From an uncultured Chloroflexia bacterium (GTDB lineage Bacteria; Chloroflexota; Anaerolineae; CG2-30-64-16): a stretch of DNA of 64,000 bases. Position 1 is the stretch's first letter. Each line of letters opens with the position of its first letter. Shown piece after piece: positions 50,530 through 59,137 of this stretch. The position numbers and the translations under genes are program-made. Location: positions 224,001-288,000 of the forward strand of contig CAVZDU010000005.1 of NCBI GenBank assembly GCA_963774265.1, read 5' to 3'. The notes below the pieces were generated by a model. That model made no database searches. It was not told the origin of the DNA and saw nothing but the letters and a program-made list of their open reading frames with translations.

Positions 50530-51357
50530 ATGCGAGTCGGATATCGTTGGCTGACGTTGATTGTTGCCGTGTTGGCATTTTCGGGCTGCACTCAGGCGGT
50601 CGCCACGGAGAAGACCGCAGCCGCCCACGTGGAGCCGATTGAGGGGACGGACCTCAAGCGCGTGGTGTTGACCGAGAAGGCGGCCGAACGGCTCGGCATC
50701 GAGACCGCTCCCGTTCGCTCCCAGCAGATCGCGCGGAAGCGCTGGGTGGGTGGCCAGGTCGAGGCCCTGCCGGCCGGCCGGACCGTGGCCGGGTCAGCGT
50801 CGGCTTCGGCCGCCGGCTCGGCCTCCGCTACAGGAACACTCGATTCGGCTGCAGTCTGGGTGCGCGTGAACCTGAGCGAGGGTGACCTGAACCGGCTGGA
50901 CAGGGGCCAATCCGTCGCCTTGCATCGCCTGGTTCGCGCTGGCGAGGAGAATGGTGACAGCGAAGACGAGGACTTGACCGCCGAACCGGATGATGACGCG
51001 GACGACCCTGAGGATGCTGACTCCAATGACGGGACCAGGGTAGTGCGTTACGTGGTGAACGGCTCGAACCACGGCCTGGTCCCTGGGCAACCTGTGTTCG
51101 TTGAGATGACGCTGTCGGGTGACGGAGGGGAACGAATGATCGTCCCGTTCGCGGCGCTGATCTACGGCCTGGAGGGCGAGACCTGGGTGTACACCCAGCC
51201 CGAGCCCCTGGCTTTTGTTCGGCAATCCGTCGCCGTCGACTACATCGAAGGTGAACAGGCGGTTCTGTTGGAGGGTCCATCCATCGGCACCGAAGTTGTG
51301 ACGGTTGGAGGGGCCGAGCTGTTTGGCGTCGAGTCAGGGATCGGCGGCGGGCACTAA
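50530..51357 (+). CDS. Short RND adaptor-like lipoprotein (no helical hairpin or lipoyl domain evident)
   Basis: Lipobox FSGC; LTEKAAERLGIETAPV and IVPFAALIY..GETWVY...G..VVTVGGAEL resemble the CzcB membrane-proximal segments; GLVPGQPVFV resembles the end of the beta-barrel. Confidence 0.75.
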   Translation: MRVGYRWLTLIVAVLAFSGCTQAVATEKTAAAHVEPIEGTDLKRVVLTEKAAERLGIETAPVRSQQIARKRWVGGQVEALPAGRTVAGSASASAAGSASATGTLDSAAVWVRVNLSEGDLNRLDRGQSVALHRLVRAGEENGDSEDEDLTAEPDDDADDPEDADSNDGTRVVRYVVNGSNHGLVPGQPVFVEMTLSGDGGERMIVPFAALIYGLEGETWVYTQPEPLAFVRQSVAVDYIEGEQAVLLEGPSIGTEVVTVGGAELFGVESGIGGGH

Positions 51358-51376
51358 CGGTGCCGGGAGGCCAGTG

Positions 51377-54300
51377 ATGCGTTGGATCGTAGCGACGAGT
51401 TTGCGTTTTCGATACCTGGTGGTGTTTGTCGCCACGGCGCTGATGGCCATCGGCATCACCCGGCTGAGCGACACGCCTGTGGACGTCTTTCCTGAATTTG
51501 CGCCGCCGAAGGTAGAGGTCCAGACCATCAGTCTTGGGCTCTCGGCGGCCTCCGTCGAAGAACTCGTCACGATTCCACTGGAGCAGGCCCTCAACGGCGT
51601 GCCCGGTTTAGATGTGATGCGCTCCAAGTCGGTGCCTGACCTGTCGTCGATCGTCCTCATCTTCAAGCCCGGGACGGACCTCATTCGGGCGCGGCAGCTC
51701 GTTTCCGAGCGCGTTGCCACGGTGACGCCAACCTTGCCAACCTGGGCGGCTCCACCGCTCATGATCCAACCCTTGTCTTCAACAAGCCGCGTGATGAAGA
51801 TCGGGATGACCTCCAAGGACATTTCCATGATGGACTTGTCCATGATCGCCTACTGGAAGATCAGGGCGCGCCTGCTGGGCGTGCCTGGCGTAGCCAATGT
51901 GCCCATCTGGGGCGAGCGGATCAAGATGCCGCAGGTGCAAGTCGATCCGGAACGCCTGCGCGCGTACGATGTGACACTCGATGAGGCAATGGCCGTTACT
52001 TCAGATGCCCTGGACGCGGGGCTGCTGCGGTTCACGAACGGAGCGGTCATCGGCACCGGCGGATTCATCGAGACCGCTAATCAGCGATTGGGTGTCCGGC
52101 CCGTCTTGCCGATTCTGGAGCCCCAGGACCTGGGCCTGGTGCCTATCCTGGACAAAAAGAAGCAGGATGGCACGCCGCTGCGCCTGAATGATGTTGCCGA
52201 CGTGAAATGGGACACCTGGCAGCTCTTCGGAGACGCCGTCATCAACGATGGGCCGGGCCTCATGCTCATCGTTGAGAAGCTCCCTTGGGCCAACACCCTG
52301 GACGTGACGCGGGGCGTGGAAGTGGCGATCGCAGAGATGCAACCCGGTCTGCCCGGCATCAAGATTGACACCACCATCTTCCGACCAGCAACCTTCATCG
52401 AGATGGCGATTTCTAATCTCACGGAATCGTTGCTGATCGGCGGGCTGCTCGTGGTGCTCGTGCTTTTCCTCTTCCTCTTTGAGTGGCGAGTCGCCTTGAT
52501 CAGCGCGACGATCATTCCGTTATCGCTGATGGCATCCATGTTCGTGCTGAATTTGCGTGGCGTGACCATCAATGTCATGACTCTGGCCGGCCTTTCAATC
52601 GCCATCGGCGCGGTTGTCGATGACGCGATCGTGGATGTAGAGAACATCGTGCGGCGTCTGCGTCAACTGCGTAAGGAAGGCAGCACAGAGCCCACGGCGC
52701 GCATTGTTTTGGAGGCCTCGCTCGAGGTGCGAGGCGCTATTGTCTACGCATCGCTGATCGAGATTTCGGCCTTACTGCCGGTCTTCTTCCTGCAGGGCCT
52801 ATCCGGTGCGTTCTTTCAACCGCTTGCCAGTGCCTATGTCGTGGCCGGACTTGTCTCGCCGGTGATCGCGCTGACCGTCACACCGGCCTTGGTCTACATT
52901 CTGTTGAAGAATGCACCGACCGAGCACCGGCAGTCGCCGATCATCCCATGGCTGCACCAGGCCTACGACAAGCTTCTGACACCGATCATCCGCAAGCCCA
53001 TCATGGCCTATACCGCCGTGACGGTGATCGTGCTGGCTGGTCTTGCAGTGACCCCAGGGCTCAAGCAGGAGTTGCTTCCTTCTTTTAAGGAAAGGGATTT
53101 CCTGATGCACTGGCTGCTCAAGCCCGGCTCGTCCCATACGGAAATGTTCCGGATCACGCAACGGGCCTGTAGTGAGCTGCGAACCATCCCGGGCGTTCGC
53201 AATTGCGGGTCCCACATCGGACAAGCCCTGGCCGCGGATGAAGTCGTGGGGATCTACTTTACCGAGAACTGGATCAGCATCGATCCCGCGGTTGACTACG
53301 ATAAGACGCTGGCTGCCGTTCAGGAGCTGGTGAGCGGCTATCCCGGCTTGGTGCGTGATGTGCAGACCTATTTGAAGGAACGCATCCGCGAGGTGCTGAC
53401 CGGATCGAGCGACACGATTGTGGTGCGTATTTATGGCCCCGAATTGGAGGTCTTGCGCAGCCAGGCAGAGACGGTGCGACACGCCCTGTCGGGGATCGAC
53501 GGCATTGCGGACCTGAAGCAGGAGCTCCACGTTGACATACCGCAGGTGCAGGTTGAGGCCAATCTCGCGGCGGCCCAACGCTACGGCCTCAAACCCGGCG
53601 ATATCCGTCGCGCGGCAGCCACCTTGCTTGCTGGGGAAGAAGTCGGCGATATCTTCCGGGAAGGCAAGACCTACGATGTCAATGTGTGGAGCACACCTGC
53701 CACGCGCAACAGTCTGAACAGCATTCGCGACCTCCTGATCGACACACACAGCGGCACGCGCGTGCGCCTAGAAGAGGTGGCTGACGTACACCTCGTCCCC
53801 GCACCAAACGTCGTTGAGCGGGAAGGTCAGTCCCGCAAGATCGACGTCTCGGCCAACGTGCGGGGCAGCGATCTCGGGTCGGTGGCCAAGGCCGTCGAAC
53901 GCACCCTGAAGGATGTCGAGTTCCCGCTTGGGTACCACGCAGAAGTGCTTGGCGAGTACGCGGAGCGCCAGGCGGCCCAGCAGCGCATCCTCCTCGCGGG
54001 GATCGTTGCAGTGCTCGGGATCTTCTTCCTTCTGTATACGTCTTTCGGGAGTTGGCGCCTGGCAACGTTGACCTTCGTAACCCTACCGTGGGCCCTGGTG
54101 GGCGGCGTGCTCGCCGCTTCCGTAACGAGCGGCACGCTGACGCTCGGTTCGCTGGTCGGGCTGTTTACGATTCTCGGGATCGCGACGCGGAACGGGATCA
54201 TGATGATCAGCCACTTCCGACACCTCGAGGAACAGGAAGGCATACCCTTCGGGCCGGCGTTGGTTCTGCGTGGTGCGAAAGAAAGAATTGCACCGATCAT

Positions 54301-54520
54301 GATGACGGCGCTGACCACCGGGCTGGCCCTCGTGCCCCTGGTGATTGCCGGGAATATTCCGGGTCAAGAGATCGAGCACCCGATGGCTATCGTCATCCTG
54401 GGTGGGCTGGTCACTTCAACCTTGCTGAACCTGTTCGTTGTTCCAAGCCTGTACTTGCGGTTTGGGAGGGCCGGGTCCGCAGTTGGTTCAACTCCCGCTG
54501 AAGGTGCAATCGCTGCTTGA
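51377..54520 (+). CDS. RND permease 2 (paralog of 44793..47933)
   Basis: [74 protein letters not shown]; intact frame. Confidence 0.93.
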   Translation: MRWIVATSLRFRYLVVFVATALMAIGITRLSDTPVDVFPEFAPPKVEVQTISLGLSAASVEELVTIPLEQALNGVPGLDVMRSKSVPDLSSIVLIFKPGTDLIRARQLVSERVATVTPTLPTWAAPPLMIQPLSSTSRVMKIGMTSKDISMMDLSMIAYWKIRARLLGVPGVANVPIWGERIKMPQVQVDPERLRAYDVTLDEAMAVTSDALDAGLLRFTNGAVIGTGGFIETANQRLGVRPVLPILEPQDLGLVPILDKKKQDGTPLRLNDVADVKWDTWQLFGDAVINDGPGLMLIVEKLPWANTLDVTRGVEVAIAEMQPGLPGIKIDTTIFRPATFIEMAISNLTESLLIGGLLVVLVLFLFLFEWRVALISATIIPLSLMASMFVLNLRGVTINVMTLAGLSIAIGAVVDDAIVDVENIVRRLRQLRKEGSTEPTARIVLEASLEVRGAIVYASLIEISALLPVFFLQGLSGAFFQPLASAYVVAGLVSPVIALTVTPALVYILLKNAPTEHRQSPIIPWLHQAYDKLLTPIIRKPIMAYTAVTVIVLAGLAVTPGLKQELLPSFKERDFLMHWLLKPGSSHTEMFRITQRACSELRTIPGVRNCGSHIGQALAADEVVGIYFTENWISIDPAVDYDKTLAAVQELVSGYPGLVRDVQTYLKERIREVLTGSSDTIVVRIYGPELEVLRSQAETVRHALSGIDGIADLKQELHVDIPQVQVEANLAAAQRYGLKPGDIRRAAATLLAGEEVGDIFREGKTYDVNVWSTPATRNSLNSIRDLLIDTHSGTRVRLEEVADVHLVPAPNVVEREGQSRKIDVSANVRGSDLGSVAKAVERTLKDVEFPLGYHAEVLGEYAERQAAQQRILLAGIVAVLGIFFLLYTSFGSWRLATLTFVTLPWALVGGVLAASVTSGTLTLGSLVGLFTILGIATRNGIMMISHFRHLEEQEGIPFGPALVLRGAKERIAPIMMTALTTGLALVPLVIAGNIPGQEIEHPMAIVILGGLVTSTLLNLFVVPSLYLRFGRAGSAVGSTPAEGAIAA

Positions 54521-54599
54521 GCGAATGATTGGGGTGCCGTAGGGACGTGAAATGCCACGTCTCTACGGCAGTTGCCCTGTGACAGGAGGATTGAGGTCC

Positions 54600-55418
54600 A
54601 TGGTTCGATTTTTGGTGATGACCTCGGTCGGCGCATCCTTGAGAACGCTCGCCTTGGCCGGCTTGGTGCTGGTTACATTGTCGGCATGTGCGGGACGGAC
54701 GCCGTCGCAGGCCGCCGCCAACTCAGCCGCGAGCAGCGCGGCCATCAACCGCGCGCCCGCGGCGCCGGTGGCAGCCAACACGACCGTGGTTCTTGAGACC
54801 CCGGTCGCAGTGCCGGCCAGCCCGGCAGCGGTTGTCGAGACCCCGATCACAGCGCCCGGCAACCCGCCGGCATCGGGCGGCGACGGGAGGACCGAGGTCA
54901 TTGTCTACGCGTCCGATCTGCCCCAAGGCGCCCTATCCGAGTTGGAAATCTGGAGTGACCCGGCATCGCCCGGGGGCAAGATGATCGGCCTGCCCAACAA
55001 CGGTGATGAGCTAGACCCTCCCCCCGAGAACGACCCGCACGCGACCTTCGAGGTCCAGGTGCTGAGCGATATCCCCTACCGTTGTTGGATTCATATGAAG
55101 GTAGGCGCGCCCAAGGGGAAGTCGCAGGCGAACGTGATCTGGGTGCAATTTTCAGACGCGGTCGACAAGGATAATAAGGCAATCTTCAGGCCGGATACGG
55201 ACAGCTACCTGACCGCGCAAGGACCGGCGGCCGAGGGCTGGACCTGGGTGGGTTGCGACCGAGAGGACAATACCGATCCGCTGATCTATTTCGGCATCAG
55301 CGGTGCGACGACAGTGCGCTTGCAGGCGGGGATGGAAGGGGTCGGTTTCGATCAGGTGGTTCTGAGCCCTGCACGATTCCTGGAGGATTCGCCCGCAGAG
55401 GCAGTCGTAGAGAAATGA
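54600..55418 (+). CDS. Lipoprotein with Ala/Pro linker and a possible carbohydrate-binding jelly-roll domain
   Basis: Lipobox LSAC; YRCWIHMK...IWVQFSD...GWTWV...VRLQAGMEGVGFDQVVLSP; start uncertain (54552/54600/54618). Confidence 0.65.
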   Translation: MVRFLVMTSVGASLRTLALAGLVLVTLSACAGRTPSQAAANSAASSAAINRAPAAPVAANTTVVLETPVAVPASPAAVVETPITAPGNPPASGGDGRTEVIVYASDLPQGALSELEIWSDPASPGGKMIGLPNNGDELDPPPENDPHATFEVQVLSDIPYRCWIHMKVGAPKGKSQANVIWVQFSDAVDKDNKAIFRPDTDSYLTAQGPAAEGWTWVGCDREDNTDPLIYFGISGATTVRLQAGMEGVGFDQVVLSPARFLEDSPAEAVVEK

Positions 55419-55431
55419 AAGGAAAGAGACG

Positions 55432-55671
55432 ATGGAGAGCGCAAAGACAGGTTTCAGTACGGCCGTTCCTACCGGCTGGCTGGATCTCGTCCTCACCAGC
55501 TTGAAGGTGGCTATCGTTGCCTTTGTCGTCATGCAGGCGAAGGAATGGATCGATGCTCGTACATTCGACTTTCTCGGCGTCCTGGTTGACGCGCTATTGA
55601 TCGCCGCGGGAGTCTTCGTGGTGAACGCCGTCTCGAAGCTGATGCGGACCGGTCGATCTTCAGGGGGTTGA
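55432..55671 (+). CDS. Small 2-TM membrane protein
   Basis: AAGGA RBS, two hydrophobic segments, fills the gap in the operon. Confidence 0.65.
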   Translation: MESAKTGFSTAVPTGWLDLVLTSLKVAIVAFVVMQAKEWIDARTFDFLGVLVDALLIAAGVFVVNAVSKLMRTGRSSGG

Positions 55672-55672
55672 G

Positions 55673-56680
55673 ATGAGGAATCGTCACATCGTTTTTGCTG
55701 GTGTCGTGCTCCTGGTGATGGCTGCCGCGTGTAGCAGTGGCCCTGTCCAGCCAGCCGCCGTGCAAAGTGCACCCACGTCGGCAGCGACGGCTATGAGTGC
55801 ACCTTCGCCGGCAGCGACCGCCGTGAGTGCGCCTTCGCCGGCAGCGACGGCCGAAAGTGAACCATCGCCTGCGGCGACAACTGGAGCCGCGAAGCTGTTC
55901 GAGGACTTCGACCCCAACAACTTCAGCCGCTCGACGCCGGTCGATAATCCATGGATGCCTCTGACGCCGGGGACGCGGCTGACCTATGAGGGGACCACGA
56001 TCGAGGACGATGGCACGGCGGTCCCGCACCGCATCGTGATCAATGTGACCGACCTGACCAAGGCGATCGGCGGCGTGCGCTCGGCGGTGACTTGGGATCT
56101 GGACTACAGCGACGACGAGTTGGTGGAAGCAGAGCTGGCCTTCTTCGCTCAAGACGATGACGGCCGCGTCTGGCGCATGGGTGAGTACCCGGAGGTCTAC
56201 GAGGACGGCAAGTTCATCGAGGCGCCGGCCTGGATCCATGGGTTTGAGGATGCCCGGGCGGGCGTCATGATGCAGGCCGACCCGCAGACCGGCACGCCCA
56301 GCTATGCGCAGGGTTGGGGTCCTGCGGTCGGCTGGACGGATCGCGGTCAGGTGGACCAGCTAGGCCAGCAGACCTGTGTCCCGGTGGCCTGCTATGAGGA
56401 TGTTCTGGTGATCGCGGAGACGAGCCAGGCGGAGCCGGATGCCCAACAGCTCAAATACTACGCACGCGACGTCGGCAATGTGCGCGTCGGCTGGCGGGGT
56501 GGGGGAGAGAAAACCAAGGAAACCCTCGAGCTGGTCAAGATTGAGCAACTGAGCCAGGACGAGTTGGCGGAAGCGCGCGCCGAGGCGCTGAAACTGGAGC
56601 AGCACGCTTACGAGGTCAGCAAAGAGGTGTATGGGCAGACACCGCCGGCAGAACAGGCCATGGTTTCGACGAATCAGTAG
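55673..56680 (+). CDS. Uncharacterised acidic beta-rich lipoprotein
   Basis: Lipobox AAAC; repeat linker; DNPWMPLTPG, FFAQDDDGRVWRMGE, KYYARDVGNV. Confidence 0.8.
   Translation: MRNRHIVFAGVVLLVMAAACSSGPVQPAAVQSAPTSAATAMSAPSPAATAVSAPSPAATAESEPSPAATTGAAKLFEDFDPNNFSRSTPVDNPWMPLTPGTRLTYEGTTIEDDGTAVPHRIVINVTDLTKAIGGVRSAVTWDLDYSDDELVEAELAFFAQDDDGRVWRMGEYPEVYEDGKFIEAPAWIHGFEDARAGVMMQADPQTGTPSYAQGWGPAVGWTDRGQVDQLGQQTCVPVACYEDVLVIAETSQAEPDAQQLKYYARDVGNVRVGWRGGGEKTKETLELVKIEQLSQDELAEARAEALKLEQHAYEVSKEVYGQTPPAEQAMVSTNQ
55766..55885 (+). repeat. 30-bp coding tandem repeat x4 (SAPSPAATAx)
   Basis: SAPTSAATAM SAPSPAATAV SAPSPAATAE SEPSPAATTG. Confidence 0.85.
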
Positions 56681-56713
56681 CCCACTCCCGAGGGTTCTCC
56701 ACCCGATGAGGGC

Positions 56714-56752
56714 ACAAGACCTTCGAGGTCCTAAAGACTTCGAAGGTCTTGT
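56714..56752. repeat. 17-bp-stem hairpin (REP-like element or terminator)
   Basis: ACAAGACCTTCGAGGTC-CTAAA-GACTTCGAAGGTCTTGT with one G.U pair. Confidence 0.75.
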
Positions 56753-56988
56753 TCACGCAACCCACGGGTTAATCCACTAATTTCCGCACGGCAAGACGTT
56801 GCGCCAGTTCTGGACCGTGTCGTTCACGGTCTGCGTGCCGGTCGCACCGTATGACAGCGTGAGCTGCCGGTTGCTGATCTCGCCGCACGCAGCATCTTTC
56901 TCGTAGTTGTTCACCTTCGCCGTTGCCGCAGCCCTTGGCGCCCCGGTCTACCTCTTGCTGACACGGATTCGTTAGTGCAGTGTTGATG

Positions 56989-57486
56989 TCACTTCATCGA
57001 CCGCGCGAGTTCGGCGCCCCATTGCTTGGCGCGCCCGAGCTCGCCGTCGCGAAGCGGACCGTACTTTCCCTGCACGATGAATTTCTGGGGCTTGGCGATG
57101 GCGCGATAACCCGCACCTTCCAGCAAGGCCAGGATCGCCTTGGCGGCGCTCCCCGGCGACCACCAGATGCGCGTCTCGAACGAGGCCGCGCGGCCGGCCC
57201 CCTTGCTCAGCGCGTCGAGCCAGACGCGCATCGCGGGGTGCGAGAGATCAGGCGGCGTCGGGTCCTTTCCCGGGTTCGCAGCGAGCGACTTGACCATGCT
57301 TTCCGTAGGGAGGCTGAAGCCCAACAGCGGAGCGCCCGCCACGATAAGGTCCACGCCCGCAAGCGTGGCAGCCGATGCTTCGGCGGTTGAAAGGGCGCGC
57401 GCCTCAGGGCCGATCCCTTCCGCAATGGCGCGGGCAACTGCCGCGGTGTTCCCCCAATGGGATTCGTAGACGACGATAGCTTTCAC
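56989..57486 (-). CDS. Flavodoxin-like protein
   Basis: GTG start after GAAAGG; IVVYESHWGNTAAVARAIAEG, LIVAGAP, ASFETR, GPLRDGELGRAKQWG. Confidence 0.85.
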   Translation of the reverse strand: MKAIVVYESHWGNTAAVARAIAEGIGPEARALSTAEASAATLAGVDLIVAGAPLLGFSLPTESMVKSLAANPGKDPTPPDLSHPAMRVWLDALSKGAGRAASFETRIWWSPGSAAKAILALLEGAGYRAIAKPQKFIVQGKYGPLRDGELGRAKQWGAELARSMK

Positions 57487-57503
57487 AATGTTGACCTTTC
57501 TAT

Positions 57504-58336
57504 TCAGATCTGGCAGCGCGGGCAAAGGTAGCACGCGCCACCGAGGTATTGGATCTTCTCGATGGTTGCGCCGCAGGTCGGGCACGGTTGGCCCGCGGTC
57601 CGGCTGTCCATCAGGCGTATGTAGCCACCGGGCCGGTTGTAGAGATCGAACTCATCGCAGCGGCCGCCTCCGGCGATGGCCGCGTTTACCGTGGCAAGGA
57701 TGGCATCATACAGGCTGCGTTGCTGGGCCGCGCTCGAGGTCGCTGATCGTGTGTTTCGGATGCAGCCCGGCGCGGAACATGATATCCTGTGCGAGCGCAT
57801 TTCCCAAGCCGGGGATGAGCTGTTCTTGGGTCAGCAGCCCCTTGACGCTTCGCTTTTCACCAGCCAGCAGGCTCGCAATCAGGGCGGCGAAGGTGTCGAA
57901 GGTGAATTCGGGTTCGACCGGGGTGGGGCGCATCCCCTTCACGTACTGGCGCTCCGCCTCCTGACCGGCCTCGTACAGCTCGTACGCGCCCCACATCTGC
58001 GTCAGCGCGGTGAGCGATGAGCCGTCTGCGAACGCCAGCCACAGGTGATACTTCTCCGGCAGCTGCGCGCCCGGCGGATGGTAGAGGAACCGGCCCCCGC
58101 ATTCGCCGGCCAGCAGCAGATAGCCAGGGTCGAGAGGCACGAACAGCCACTTGCCCCGCGCGACGCGCCTGGCCGACGGTCTTGCCCGCAGCGAGCTCAG
58201 CAAACTCTTCGTGGGTACGGTTGTGCCAGACGAATTTATGGGGCGAGTTACCGAGGCTTCCCCAGCTGATGGTTTTGCCGGTCAGGGTTTCGTTGATCTG
58301 CCGGGCGAGGGTGATGAACTCGGGTAGCTCGAACAT
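57504..58336 (-). CDS. Fpg/Nei-family DNA glycosylase-like protein (indels near 58170 and 57730)
   Basis: MFELPE N-terminus, RGKWL, H2TH KGLLTQEQLIPGLGNALAQDIMFRAGLHP, zinc finger CPTC...CPRCQ. Confidence 0.87.
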
Positions 58337-58477
58337 GCCTGCACCGCTCCTTCGTTGACTCTATACGCAAACAGAGGATGCAGGGTTGCTTGTCGCGACG
58401 GAGCGCAGAACGATCGAAGCGCGGAGATGCCTCGCTGCGGCCATCGCTCCGCCCGCAGCGAGTGTGGCAGTCAGGCA

Positions 58478-58982
58478 TTACCAGGTTGTCACCTCGGCCT
58501 CGATGAAGCTTTCACCCAGGGCTTTCGCCACTGAGATGCGATGGTGCCCGTCGCGCACGTAGTAGGTCGTCGCCGACCTGGAGCAGCTCGACGGGCGGCA
58601 GCGCTACCCGGCTCAGCCGCGCCCTCACCACGTTCAGCCAGCGGTCCCGCGTACTGCTCCTGGAGCGGGAGGAAGTCCCGGTCAAAGTCGTGGGTGCGGT
58701 TCTCGCTGCCGCGGACGCTGGCGATTGCGACGGTCCGGGTGCCGGCGTAATGCCGGTCGCAGACCGGGGCGGCTATCGTGGTCTGGGCCAGGGAAGCCAG
58801 CTCCCGCTGGCGTCCCGTCAGGTTGACCCAGACGCGAGCCAGGCTCGCCTGGAGACGCGGACATCCCGATAGAGGTGCAGGGCCTGCTGCATCGCCTGCG
58901 ACTCGAAGCCCAACTGGCGGGCTGCCATCCCGGTGAGCAGGCCGCTCTGCATCGTGTCTGTCAGTGCGCTGGTCTCGAACAT
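58478..58982 (-). CDS. Small ParB/Srx-like domain protein (DUF4032 N-terminal type; several indels)
   Basis: GAGGAGG RBS; reconstructed RHYAGTRTVAIASVRGSENRTHDFDRDFLPL...ELLQVGDD-YYVRDGHHRISVAKALGESFIEAEVTTW-stop. Confidence 0.75.
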
Positions 58983-59012
58983 GGCGCCCTCCTCTTTCAA
59001 CCTTGTGCCTTC

Positions 59013-59068
59013 AGTCTAGTCTCCGCCCGTCACCGGATCGTCGCGATGCGCGTCACGGAACGCGTCAC
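59013..59068 (-). promoter_or_regulatory. Candidate SARP-activated promoter: -10 TAGACT plus four CGTC(A/G)C direct repeats
   Basis: CGTCAC 59028, CGTCGC 59039, CGTCAC 59051, CGTCAC 59063 (spacing 11/12/12); AGTCTA at 59013-59018. Confidence 0.65.
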
Positions 59069-59137
59069 GAGGAGAAGGCAGTTGATTCACAACGGTCTTG
59101 CTTTGCGGTAGAATGGGTCGGACGGGGGATGTCAGTG

